NCBI GenBank assembly: GCA_025558095.1
Contig: JAIVFI010000006.1
Location: 124,001 to 188,000 of the forward strand
Direction: 5' to 3'
Source of the DNA: Hyaloraphidium curvatum SAG 235-1
Taxonomy: Eukaryota; Fungi; Monoblepharomycota
DNA: 64,000 nt
Positions 35,875-47,186 of this stretch are shown in pieces. Numbering within the stretch: the stretch's first letter is position 1; each line of letters opens with the position of its first letter. The position numbers and the translations under genes are program-made. The notes beneath the pieces were generated by a model. That model worked only from the letters and a program-made list of their open reading frames with translations, did no database searches and was not told the origin of the DNA.

Positions 35875-36012
35875 GGCGGGAGCGCGGTCAGGGACTGGAC
35901 GCGCGGCGTGGTCTAAGAGCGGTTGAACCGAACAAAATGATCGGTTGAATTCCTTGATACCATTTCCAGTTGAACCAAGTACGTGAACCAAGTACGCGAA
36001 TCAGGGACCTCA

Positions 36013-36794
36013 ATGTCCGCTCCAGGGAGCGCGCCGGGCGCGGCACCGCCGTCAGCCGAGGAGTGGGCCGCGTTCCAGGCATGGAAAGCCGAGGAGCGGC
36101 GCAAGGAGATGGAGGACTTTGAGCGGTGGCGCGCGCAGCAGGCCGAGGGCGGCCAGAAGCCGGCGGAGCCCGCCGTCGCGCTGTCCGTGTCGGAGGCCAA
36201 GCCGGAGCCGGAGCGGGTCGAGATGCTGCCGCCGAGCTACGACGAGAGCGTGGCCGCGGGGGAACGAGGGAGGCAGCCGGCGCCCGTCGCCGCCCCGGCG
36301 GTCCCACCCGCGAAGACGCCCTCGCCTTCGCTGGCGGACACCTTGGCGCCCCTGGCACCCGCATTAGATCCGGCGACCGCAGCGGGATCCGCTCCGAGAT
36401 CGGGCTCGCGTTCGCGGTCGCCGTCGCCGTCGCGGGTGCTCGAGACCACCGAGGCACCCTGCCCGCAATGCAAAGGTGAGACGCCTCCGATCCGCCTTTT
36501 CTCCCGGCCACCCCACTGATTCCTTCTCCCTGTCGCGCAGGCAAGGGCAAGTGGAACCCCAACGGCGGCATCATCCCCTACCTCGCCGAGAAGATCTCCC
36601 CCTCGAGCGTGCTGCAGACCTGCCCGCACTGCAAGGGCTCCGGCGTCGAACGGACCTCGTCGTACCGCGTCGTGCCGGGTAAGCAGATCGGCGAGGGCGC
36701 GAGACTGGGGATGGTGGGGATGATGGGGCCGGGAGGGATGACGGTGGCGCCGATCGTGACCACCGAGGGGTCAAGGGTCGGGTTCGTGGGATGA
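36013..36794 (+). CDS. Small protein with a PPSY motif and a DnaJ-type CxxCxGxG zinc-finger pair
   Basis: CPQCK|GKG (intron 36476-36540) and CPHCKGSG; LPPSY; no J domain. Confidence 0.65.
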
Positions 36795-37183
36795 GAGACC
36801 GGCCGGTGGAGCGGGCCGGCGTGCACGTCGTGCACTACAGTGTTAAAGTGTATCTGACTGCTCTTATTGAGTGATGGTCACACATGTGGTGAACGCATCG
36901 TTTTCGACGCACTGCAGGATTCTCGGGCGATCCGTCGGGTCACGAGATGTAGGCGAATCTCGCCAGGGCGGTGACATCCCGGGGCCAGTGGCATTGATGG
37001 CGCATTAAACACGAGTGTTTTTCATGGCATGGATGGATCGCAGCAGTGCGATGGACGATGTTCACTGAGCATTCATCGCAAGGACTCGCACCATCATCCG
37101 CCATCGCCAGCAGTGCCACAACCGGCTGTGACTCCCTCCTTTGGGAGCGAAGCCACCACATTCCCCGCCCGAATCGCACACAG

Positions 37184-38830
37184 ATGAAGTGCCAAGGAAC
37201 CACCCAGGACCCCGCGCTCCTCATCGGGTGGAGACGGTGCAAAAACAGTGCCCAACAGGGGAGGAAGTACTGCGCGACCCACCCGCGATGCTGCGCCGTC
37301 CGCAACGGGGCACGATGCAGCGCGGGCGTCGTTGACGAAGGCCAGCTCTGCGATACGTGTTCCACCGCCCGGGCGGCCAAGCGCGCCCCGTTACCGCCCG
37401 CCAAGGCCGAGCTGAACGCTCCCGACGCCCCCCCGAGCTATGATGCGCCGTGGAACCCTGCTCCCCGCACCTCCATTCCCTGGCGACACATATTCCTGCT
37501 CATCGGACTCGTTCTCGGCGCGGGATGCCTCACTTTCCTCTCCTGGCGCGCGGGGCAGGCCATCCACTGCTCCTTCATCCAAACGCTGGCGGCGCTCGAG
37601 GCCGCCGCGTCCCGCATCGACGCTGCGACGGCTAGGTTAGCCGCTGCCATGGAGGGCCTGAGGTCCGCAGGCGTCTCGTTGGCCAAGCTGGCCGTGCTTG
37701 CATCGGCGTTTTTGGTTCTCGTGCCCCTCGCGATTTCGGCGTTTTGGGTTCTCGTGCCCCTCGCGGTTTCGGTCTTCGGGGTAGCGCGTCGGTGGCATGC
37801 GTCAATGGGAGCGCTCCGGGCGGCATCCCAGCCGCCGCGCGCTCTTGCTTCACCCGGAGTCAGCGAGACACACCCGCGGCTTGATTCTCCGGGAGCTCCG
37901 CATGGCGGGGTCAAGTCAACGCATCCGATCCAAGCTTCTGTACCTCGGGATCAGGACACCCCGGCTCCGCCGCTTCATTTTCAGCCCGTACGTGAGCAAC
38001 CGCTGTCAGCAGCGGTTATTGATAGCATCGAACAGGGCGCCCCTGCGCCCGCAGTACCTGTGCCATCTATCGCAGCAGATGCCGCAGAACAGAGAAGCCT
38101 AGAGATCGCACCGAAAGATGCTGCCGGGGAACAAGCAGTTGTCGGCAACGCGGATGCCGTCTGTCGTGCTCCGGAGAACACACCGATCTCGGATGGTCGC
38201 AACCAACATCTCGACGACGCCATCCTGGCGACGCTCCTGGACGATATGGAGCTAGCATACCAGAGCGCGACCCAGGATCCTGTTGTTGGTGCTTCCAGCA
38301 GCCGTGTTGCGGCGGAACCAGAAGCAGCAGCGACGGCCGCGCCTGCGCCCGCGGCGTCCAGGCTGGTTCCGTCGCTGGACCTGACCCCGCCCGGAACCCC
38401 CGCCAAACCCGGGCGGGCGCCGTCCCCCGCACCTAGCGAAGGATCCACGCAGGCCGGGGAGGCCGGCATCGCGGACGACGGGGAGCGGCCGAGGCCCGAT
38501 CCGGGCTTCTCCGAGCTGGTCTCCTTGATGCGGGATCTGGTGATCAGGATCGGGAGCCTGGAGGAGCGCGTCGGATCAGCACTCGCTGATAGGGACGACG
38601 TGCGACGGGAGATCCAGGAGGCGAACGACGAGCTCGAACGGAGGGCCGCAGAAGCCAACACGGCACTCAGACGCATCGCGGCGGAGGTAAACGAGGCGAC
38701 GCGGCTGAAGCTGGAGAAAGCCTTGGGCCAGTTGGAGGCGGCGCTGCAGGAAAAGGTCGCCCGGGCCAACAAGGAGCTGGTCGATCAGGCTGCTGGGATG
38801 TCCGGAGGTCGTGTCAATAAGGCAGCCTGA
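37184..38830 (+). CDS. Hypothetical membrane protein: Cys/His-rich N-terminus, TM segments, C-terminal coiled coil
   Basis: CQGTT...RRCKN...YCATH.RC...RC...LCDTC, PPSY, hydrophobic segments, heptad-rich tail. Confidence 0.65.
   Translation: MKCQGTTQDPALLIGWRRCKNSAQQGRKYCATHPRCCAVRNGARCSAGVVDEGQLCDTCSTARAAKRAPLPPAKAELNAPDAPPSYDAPWNPAPRTSIPWRHIFLLIGLVLGAGCLTFLSWRAGQAIHCSFIQTLAALEAAASRIDAATARLAAAMEGLRSAGVSLAKLAVLASAFLVLVPLAISAFWVLVPLAVSVFGVARRWHASMGALRAASQPPRALASPGVSETHPRLDSPGAPHGGVKSTHPIQASVPRDQDTPAPPLHFQPVREQPLSAAVIDSIEQGAPAPAVPVPSIAADAAEQRSLEIAPKDAAGEQAVVGNADAVCRAPENTPISDGRNQHLDDAILATLLDDMELAYQSATQDPVVGASSSRVAAEPEAAATAAPAPAASRLVPSLDLTPPGTPAKPGRAPSPAPSEGSTQAGEAGIADDGERPRPDPGFSELVSLMRDLVIRIGSLEERVGSALADRDDVRREIQEANDELERRAAEANTALRRIAAEVNEATRLKLEKALGQLEAALQEKVARANKELVDQAAGMSGGRVNKAA
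37703..37768 (+). repeat. 33-bp tandem duplication inside a TM segment
   Basis: Encodes SAFLVLVPLAI followed by SAFWVLVPLAV. Confidence 0.85.
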
Positions 38831-38912
38831 TGGTTCCGGCTCTGATTCCACTATCCTCTTCTCACAATCTGTACGAACTCGTCCACCATACATTACAAAT
38901 CATGATCAGTTG

Positions 38913-40379
38913 TCAGACAATCAAAGGCGGTACCATCTTCGCTCTCCCTTTCTTCCCGCAGTTCCCTGCCTCGCCAAGGTGCGCGATCATCTCCGAAAAG
39001 GTGCTCACGGGGGTGAAGCGGATCTCGTCTCCGCATGCGAGGCCAAACTGGACCATCAGCCCCACGAGCAAGTGCACGATGTGCCGCGGCATCGACTCAG
39101 TGCAATGCGCAGGGAGCAGGGGCCGGAAATCGATAGCATGCGGTATCGCGGACCAGATTGTCTCGCGGTCCGGTCCGTTGGCATCCGTTGCGAGGAGCAC
39201 TGGCATCTGCGCCGGCAGCGAGGCGGTCAGTTCCGGGAGCCGGGTAAGATTCACACCACAGGGCACGGGACCGTTCTTCGCCGGGTTGCGGAGAAGGTTC
39301 ATGCAAATGCCGTTCGTTGCGTCCCCCCGCCTCATCTGAACGCCAGCAAAGGTGGGCAGCGATAAAGGAGCTGCCTCTTGCCGTCCGGGAGATAAACAGG
39401 ACTGCAGACCGCGAAGCGCCGCGAGAGACTCATGCGATAGTCCACGACGCCGCGGATCAGGCTCGGCTTCGGCGGCAGCTAGGAAGCGATCCAGAGACTC
39501 CGGCCGAAAAGGAATCTGCGGCTTGCCGGCCAAAGCCTTCCGAGCCACATCGGCCCCGAGATCCTGTACCCACGCGTTGAAAGGCAGGTGCTCGGGCTCG
39601 TCCATAGCGCCCACAATCTTGCCAGGGAATCCGGGAACCACGAGCGGATAGTAGCTACGGAGAGGCCACGGCACGCCGACAAATACCAAATCAGTACCGC
39701 CCGGAGGTGCCAGTACGTTCGGCACCCCAGCTGAAGCTGGTGCCTCGGTCGTGAACGAAAAGTGCTCCCAGCATCGGAACTCGCCAAAGACTGACATGTC
39801 GTCCGGCAGCTTCCTCCCCATGAAGGCAAAAAACTCCCTCATCAAGGTCACGTTGGACATGAACTTGGCCTGCGCATCGTGGTACTGCTGTTGCGTAGCG
39901 CAAACCACGGGCGGCGGTCGCCCGACTGGGGACTCTGTCTGTCGCGCGAGCGCGGCCAGTGCCTCGTCTTCGAACACCCACAGCGTCCTACTGTCCCTCT
40001 CGTCCAGCCCCGAAACGCTCAAATTGAACAAGATTCCGGCATCAGTGTTGTCTGTCATCCAGTTGTCCATGATCCTGAACTGCGGCAGGGCGACTCGGGC
40101 AGAAGCGCAGCGGAGCGCGACCTCTTTGCCTCTGTCAAAGAACCGAATGGTACCCTGCTCCAGGCCTCTGGCAAAGGGCAGCAGCCCCACGAGACCGAGG
40201 ATCTGGTTCGTCGGTCCGTTGTGTCCTCGCGCGCACAGGGTCGACACGACGATGCAGTGCGGATCCCCCGGCCCGGTTGAGGGACGAGGAAACGACGACG
40301 CCGCGACCAGGCCGCCCAGGACCAGCGTGACAAGTGCTCGCGCCGGGCCGTAAGGTGATTGCGCGCCGCGATGAACCAT
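38913..40379 (-). CDS. Type II membrane glycosyltransferase, O-fucosyltransferase-like (GT-B)
   Basis: N-terminal anchor, GPTNQ, GVQMRRGD, LLATD, STFSEMI. Confidence 0.6.
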   Translation of the reverse strand: MVHRGAQSPYGPARALVTLVLGGLVAASSFPRPSTGPGDPHCIVVSTLCARGHNGPTNQILGLVGLLPFARGLEQGTIRFFDRGKEVALRCASARVALPQFRIMDNWMTDNTDAGILFNLSVSGLDERDSRTLWVFEDEALAALARQTESPVGRPPPVVCATQQQYHDAQAKFMSNVTLMREFFAFMGRKLPDDMSVFGEFRCWEHFSFTTEAPASAGVPNVLAPPGGTDLVFVGVPWPLRSYYPLVVPGFPGKIVGAMDEPEHLPFNAWVQDLGADVARKALAGKPQIPFRPESLDRFLAAAEAEPDPRRRGLSHESLAALRGLQSCLSPGRQEAAPLSLPTFAGVQMRRGDATNGICMNLLRNPAKNGPVPCGVNLTRLPELTASLPAQMPVLLATDANGPDRETIWSAIPHAIDFRPLLPAHCTESMPRHIVHLLVGLMVQFGLACGDEIRFTPVSTFSEMIAHLGEAGNCGKKGRAKMVPPLIV

Positions 40380-40621
40380 CGCCGCTCGGTGTACGGGGGC
40401 CCGGTGGGGGACGCGGCAAGGACCCGAATCCGGTTGGGTCCTTTGTTTCCACAGCTCGAGTGGCCGCATCCCTCGAGGCAACAGAGCCGTCACCTATACC
40501 ATCTACATCACTCGCATCGGCCGTTAGTAGAGATCCTGAATGTTAGTGGGCCCGGAAAGTTCTATGTTACCCAGTTGGAATGTGCACGGATGGACAAGGC
40601 CGAACTCTGTTGACGGCTACA

Positions 40622-43600
40622 TCACGAGTTCGCCTCGAACTTGCTCGTGTAGAACGTGATCCGCAGCCCAGCATCCTCCCACGACGCCGTGCTCTTTTCC
40701 GTCACCCATCGGCCCCCGGGCGCCTCGCGCACGTGGGCGTTCACGGCGAGAAGGAGATCGTCCAGGTCGTCGTCCGCGTTGGGAGGGTACTGCCGCTCGG
40801 CTTCCGTCTTGTTCAGCCAGCGGATGAACTTCATGTTGCGGGAACGCCGCAGGGAGCTGAGTGCCGGGCGAGGCAGGCGCCAGCCGGTAGCGAGAACGTC
40901 CAGGAGCGCCGGGTCCTCGATGGATACATCCTCCTCCGGCGGAGGGAGGCGGAAGCGCCGCGGATGGGCGAGTTTGCGTGCCCGGTGCTCCATGGTAGGG
41001 GCAACGTCCTTTGGCGCTTTCGCGCGCGCGCCCGGAAGCATCCGGCCCCGCGCGAGCTTCTTCATGTCCACTGGCGGTCTCACCAGCTTCGAAGTCTCGA
41101 AGACCATGAGAAGAAGACCTGCAAACGAGGAAAGAAACATGGCTAAGAGATGGCGCAGCCGGGACCAGCTAGCGCCAACCCACCAGCATCGGGGTTCCTG
41201 ATGATCTTCTTCTTCGTCTTGTATCCAGGACGGCGGTGCGCATCTTTGCCGTGGAGGAGCTGCGCGAGGGCGTATTCTTCCAGCCTGATGTCCGTCTTGA
41301 GCTGGGCCGTCCGCGCCTTCTCCATCTCGTACAGGTTCCGTATGAAGGTGGCGTTCATCTGCCGGCGGTGCCGCCCCTGGTTCTCAGCCAACCGCAGCTT
41401 CAGGTCCCCGACGGAGAGGTTGGCCGGGTTCGCCGGCAGCTTCCAGTAGTCGATGAGCTGCCGCGAGCGCTCCCGCAGCGGCGGCTCCGACTTGCGCAGG
41501 CTGCGCAGCTCTGACACCGGGCGCGGGTACTCCACCCCGGGCACGCGCGGCGGCATCCGCGCCAACTTCTGGATCCGCGTGTGCAGCCGTGCGCCTTTGA
41601 CCTTGGGCGCGATCTGCTCCAGCGTCGCCAGCTGCACCTTCCGCGCCTCCTCCGCCGCCGCCTTGGGTTTTGGACCGCGCCTCCTGGGCGGTGTCGCCAC
41701 CGGAGAGGTCTCGACGCTCTGCGGCGCCTTGGCAGGCTTCGGCGGAGGCAACTCCCCGGGCTTGCGCTTGACCTTGACGACGTTGCTGTCGGTGTCGTCG
41801 ATCGTGTAGGTACGCGTCGGCCCGCGAGGCGCTTGCCCAACCCGGTAGGTGCGGTAGATTGCGTACTTGAGAGCTGATGGAACTCCGTTGAAAACCATGG
41901 TCAACAGCTGACCACAGATGCCTTACCTGCAGCGCGGTTGATCACCGTCTCCTGCCTCGTCGTCCAATTCTGCATCCCGTACTTGGGCCCCATCCCCGTC
42001 AGCAGCTGGAACACCTCTTGGTCCGCGTTGGCCGGGTACTCGGCCTGCGCCTCGTAGTCCATGAGCCAGTTGACGAAGCGCGCGTTGCGCTTCTGCCGCA
42101 GCTTCTTGAACACGTCGATCACCGTCAGCCCGGCCTCGCGCGCGGCGGGGTCGGCCACGTCGGGGATGCGGTACTGGTAGTCCTCCGAGTCGCGCTTGTA
42201 CTGCATCATGGCCGCCTGCTCGTTGAAGGTGACCACGAGGCCCTGCCGTGCCCGGTTGAGGGGGCGCTGCGGGCCCATCAGGCATCGGCGGAGGTTGCGC
42301 TTAAGGATGAGGTGCTTGGAGCGGCCCTCGATGGCGCGCAGCGAGTCGACCGTCTCGAGGTACTGCAGCGTCTGCTCGTCGGCAGCAGACATGCCCAGCG
42401 GGGCCTCGACCTTGTCCACGGCCTTGGGCTCGGGCTTGCTGAGCACCGAAATGTGCAGCACCCTGTTGTCGGGGTTCTGCGAACAGAAGGCAGCGAGTCA
42501 GCTCCGTTCCGCGGGCGACATCGAGCACGACCCACGTATTCGACCCGGAAGCAGTTCTCGTCCTTGCACAGCAGCTTGACCCTCTCCGCGTACTCCCCCT
42601 CCTCCGTCCACTCGTGCCCATCGACCGCCATCTCCCCTTCGGCTGGCGGCTGCAGCACCTTGGCCCCCATCCCGGCCTTCCACTCCCTCCACAGCCCCAG
42701 CACCTCCCCGTCCCCGTCCTCGCTGGCGATCGCGAACGCGATCTTCTCGAGGCTCTGCACGAGGTAGTCCGCCGTGTAGACGGGGTACCCGTGGATCCCC
42801 AGCAGCCTGCGACAGGCGTCCTCGAAGTCCGCCGCCGCGCGGACGGGCGCGAGCTCGACGAAGGCCGCGCGGAGGAAGCGCCGGACCAGGCGGAGCACCT
42901 CGGCGTAGGCGTCGGGCTTGCCGTCGGGGCCCGACGGGGGGCTGCCGGCGTCGGAGCCGCCGTCGGCCGAGGGGGTCGCGGGGACCTCCTGCAGCCCGAG
43001 GGAGACGGCGGTGTCGTTGACCTCCTCGCGGCGGTCGATGGCCTTGCAGGCCTCTTTGACCTTGAGCAGGCGCGAGTAGATCGTCTGTGGGTTTGGCGGT
43101 CGTCAGCGACGCCCAGAAGCTTGTCCGACATCCGCAGAACCCACCGAAAAGAGCCGGAAGAAGCAAAACACGTTCTCGTTGGCGAACAGCAGGTCCCCCT
43201 TCCCCTTCTCCCCCTTGGCCGGCCTGTCATCCTCCCCCACGTGGAAAAAATCCCTCACGAACCCCGCCGCGAACCCCCTCACCGCCGCCGTCTCCTCCGC
43301 ATCCGCCGCCCCGAGCCCGAGGTAGTAGTCCAGCACCGCGCCCACGTCCGCAAACACGTCCGCGTCCGGGAACTCTGCCGTCCAGCCGCTCCTGCCCCCC
43401 TCGATCTCGACGAGGAAGGCCTTTGGCGAGATGGCCTTCTTGTCGTTGGCCCGCGCCGCGATGCCGCGGTAATCCAGCGCCTTGGCAAAGTTCTTGGCGT
43501 CGTCGGGCACCCAGACCGTCTCGTTCCTCTGCCTCCGGAACGCCTTCCACTCCTCGTCCTTGGCCTTCAGGCGCGCCAGGACCACCGGCACCGCGGCCGC

Positions 43601-45279
43601 GGGCGCGTCGCTCAGCGCCTGGAGCACCTCCCTCGCCGGCGCGCCGTCCCCGTACACCCGCTCCAGCGCGAGCAGCGGCAGCGCGCGCGACCTGCCCCCC
43701 AGGCTCCAAGCGGGCAACCTCAGCTTCCCCTTCTCCTCCTCCCCCATCCCGCGCAGCCGCTTCGCCACGGGCTCCAGCAGCCTCACCAGGAAGAGGTTGG
43801 TATCGATACCCAGGTCCACCTCCAGGCGCTCGTCCTCGGTCCTGTGCATCGCGTCCTCGAAGTGGTTCCGGTGGGCCGGGGTGCCCGACGCCTCGCCGGC
43901 AAAGGCGCCCCCGGGCTGCGCGTCCTCGCTGATGAAGGTGGGGTGCGAGACCCACTGGTCGTTGAGGACGGACTGGCAGAGGAGGTCGCGGCCCGAGGAC
44001 TTGGCGATGGGGAACTGCGGGCGCGTGAGCGGGAAGCCGGGGGCGGGCGCAAGGGAGGGGGACGTACGTTGGCGGGGTACTTGCGGTACGAGTGGCCGTT
44101 GCGCTTGGCGGAGCGGAGGTCGACATCGGGCTTTCGCGCAGCGTTGAATGCTGTGGATTACAAGAGGTCACGGAGTAAGACCATGATTGTCAGACCGCCG
44201 GATTTCGCAACCCACGCTTGTCCTCCTCCTCCTGCTCCTGCTGTATCTCCTCCGCCTTGTCCGCCTTTGGCTTCTCCGCTGACGGGATCACCGGCAGCCC
44301 CGAGGTCATGACGTAGTCCCGCGTCTTGAACCTCGGCCGGACCACCTCCCTCAGCATCCGCGCGAGCTCCTTGGCCCCCGGCCCGCGCCCGAAAAAGGGG
44401 CGCGAGCGCTCCAGCAGGGTGCGCCGGTCGATCACCTCGTAGCTGAAGAGGGAAAGCAGCTTCAGGTACTCCCGGTAGACGGCCTTGGGGAGGCGCTCCC
44501 GGAGGAGCTCCACGAAGCGGATCTCGTCGGGGCGCTCCGGAGGGTTCAGGCCCAGCCGCTCGGAGAGGGAGGTGCGGGGGGTGGCGTCGCCGCGGGCGCG
44601 CTTGCCCGGGGGCAGGGAAAGGAGGTCCGAGGGGTCCGATGGACGGCGCTTGCGGGTCGGTTCGCGGGGGTCGTACGCGACCGAGGCCGACTCGGGGAGG
44701 AACTGGGAGAAGCCCGAGGCGAGGTCGGGGTGGTCCTTGAAGAGGTCGCGGATGCGGATGACGGTGAGCGGCGGGGTGAGGCTGGAAAAACGAGGGTGGG
44801 TTCGTGGGCAAGGCAGCGCGTGCCAGAATCCCGGGCAGAGAGAGAACGCGAAAGCAGGGGTGGAACGCGTCAGAATGATTTTTCGCGCATCGGGGAACGC
44901 ATCCCCTGTGGCAGGCAACCCACATCTGCGCGCGAAAGTCCTTCATCGTGTCCAGGAACCTCTTGTACGTGTCCGGGTCCGAGCGCTGCAGCCGCTGCCT
45001 CACGGCGTCCAGGTACACGATTGCCGCCTGCCGCGTGTCTGCGGCGTTGAAGCTGACCTGCGGCACGGGGTCGACGACCATCGCGAGGCGCGCGGTCGGG
45101 CCGGCCGACTGCGCGGGGGAGGCGGGGCCGGGGTCGGCGGCGGGCGGCGGGCCGTGCGGGGCGGCGGGCGCGGGGGCCGTGGGGGAGGGCGGCCGCGAAG
45201 AGCCCGCCAGCCGCCCGTGTCCGAGGGGAGGCGGGGGCGGCAGGCTCCCCAGGGGCGTCACCCCGAGCGGGTTCGACAT
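40622..45279 (-). CDS. SIN3: Sin3-like transcriptional corepressor with two PAH domains and an extended C-terminus
   Basis: PAH AIVYLDAVRQ...YKRFLDTMKDF...LFKDHPDLASGFSQFLP; PAH3-like YREYLKLLSLF; HID SYRK...SGRD...VLNDQWVSHPT...EDERLEVD; KALDYRG; LFANENVFCFFRLF; FEDACR; ENCFRVEY. Confidence 0.85.
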
Positions 45280-45607
45280 GGCGGGGGAGCGCTCACGCCG
45301 CGGCCGCTGGCATCGACCGCGCGGGCGGCGCGGATGCTCCCCAATAAAGCGCCCTCGCGCGGTCCCGCGGCGGCGGCGGCGGGGGAGGGCGCGGCACCCG
45401 CGTGTGATCTGCGCGTGATCGCTCGGAAAACGGTGGTGACTCTCGCGCGGGAGGTTAGCGCCTTCCCGTAACTGGACGGCCGCCTAAACGACTGATAGGG
45501 CGAAAACTCTGGGCCCGGCGTCCCACTCCGAATCGCGGATCTCTCTCTCCAGCCACGCCATGCAGAAACCGTGCCGCATTCTTTATTGTATATGTCATTC
45601 AAAGTGT

Positions 45608-46765
45608 TCAACTGTCGTTGGTCAACCTTTCCCATACCCATTCCGTGCTTCTGGAGAATCCAACGATCCCCATCCCGGCAGCGAGGACGAACTTCTTGCC
45701 GGCATCCAGGACGGCAAAGCGGGCCCGCCAGCCCTCGCTGAACTGGTCCTGGAGGCGGATTAGCACCGCCAGCTTGTCGTGGTAGGCATCCTGAGCATCC
45801 CGCGGATCCAGAGAATCGAGCAGATCAGCCACCGCAAGCTGCAGCGCCCGATGCTGCAGGCGGACCGTGACTTCGATCGCCTGTGGCACGTAGCAAGGCA
45901 CAGCGGTGACGACGTTGAAGGGGTAGTATAGCACGATCATGACGATGTAGAGGACCGCCGCGACGGCCCATGGCGAAGAGTAAATGGCTGGGGCAAGGGA
46001 AACGAGTGGCGTGTAGCCGAAGAAGAACCAGTTCAGAGCTCCAGTCACGGCAAGGAAGAGCAGGGAAATGACAGCGAAGCGGCTTGCAGAGCTCGCCAGC
46101 CCGCCCGCACACGATGCGAGGGTGCAGGGACATCGCAAATCCCCGGCCACGTGCTGGAGCAACACGCCGTCGCGGAGGCTTGCTTTGCCTTTGTGCGAGA
46201 CGTTCTCGACGTCGTCCCGGCCGGGTTCCGAGCTCCTGGCAGCGTCCAGCAGCTCACTCTAACGTGCAAATCCGGCAAATGCATTGCTGTCGCCCGCGAC
46301 GTTCAGTGGCCCGATTTCTTCCTTCGGCAGTCGCTTGTTTCTCAACGCGTTGCTGAGCAGCAAGGGCAGCAGCGCGATCCACTGTGCGACGAGACCGGCG
46401 ACTATGCGGGACGTTGTGAACTTTTCGCTGCCCAGATAAAAGACCGCGACCCAGCACGCGAGGGTGGCGAGGCCGACGAGCACGGTGCGAAATGAGAAGG
46501 AGGCGAGCGCGATGGGCAGAGCCGCAATCCGAAAAGTGGCCAGGCGGCGCAGGGGCGGCCACCTTTCCAACGCGCGCAAAAAGCGCGGCGTGTCGAGCGG
46601 GGAAGCCGCGCGCGCGTCGCCCGCGATGTCGCCGCCGGTCGGGTGCCGCGGCACGGGGAACCGCTCGGGCGGCGCAGCGGGGATGAGAGCGAGCCACGCC
46701 CGCGGCGAGTAATCGGCGCCGGTCGCCTTCTCCAAGGGCGCCAACGGGCCGGACTGCGAGGGCAT
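45608..46765 (-). pseudogene. 7-TM family copy 2, pseudogene
   Basis: The conserved FARW reads FAR* (TAG at 46259-46261). The frame continues with LLQHVAGDLRCPCTLASC, YTPLVS and RLQHRA, and lacks the last two TMs. Confidence 0.8.
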
Positions 46766-47186
46766 GTGGTTATCGGTCGGCATATGTAGCTTGTCCGAGG
46801 ACGCGATCGAGTAGTCCGACGCGACCCGCGCTCCTCTGACCACCAGCAGCGCATCGTGCACTTGCTCCAGGGCTGATGATATCTCGCCAATGCAGAAACG
46901 TACCTCATCTCCCCGTCAGCACCTGTTTCGGAGATGATGGAGCGCTGCCAAGGCAGGGACCGGCGGGAAACATGAGGGAGGCTGTGCTGGAACTCCCCTA
47001 GCTGACCTGGTTGGGCAGTTTCCGCTCAAGAAATTGTGCTACGACTCACTCTGTAGCTTTCTCTTCACTGACTACCCAACGACGACCTGACGCTGGTTGT
47101 CATTCTTTGTATCTCGGACGGTGCTGCCCGAGTGGCGATGGATCCGCACGGTCTGCCGCAACAAGTCAGCCATGAACAGTTCTTCA

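Noticed and set aside
42614-44311. 565-aa plus-strand ORF
   Set aside because: Antisense shadow of Sin3.
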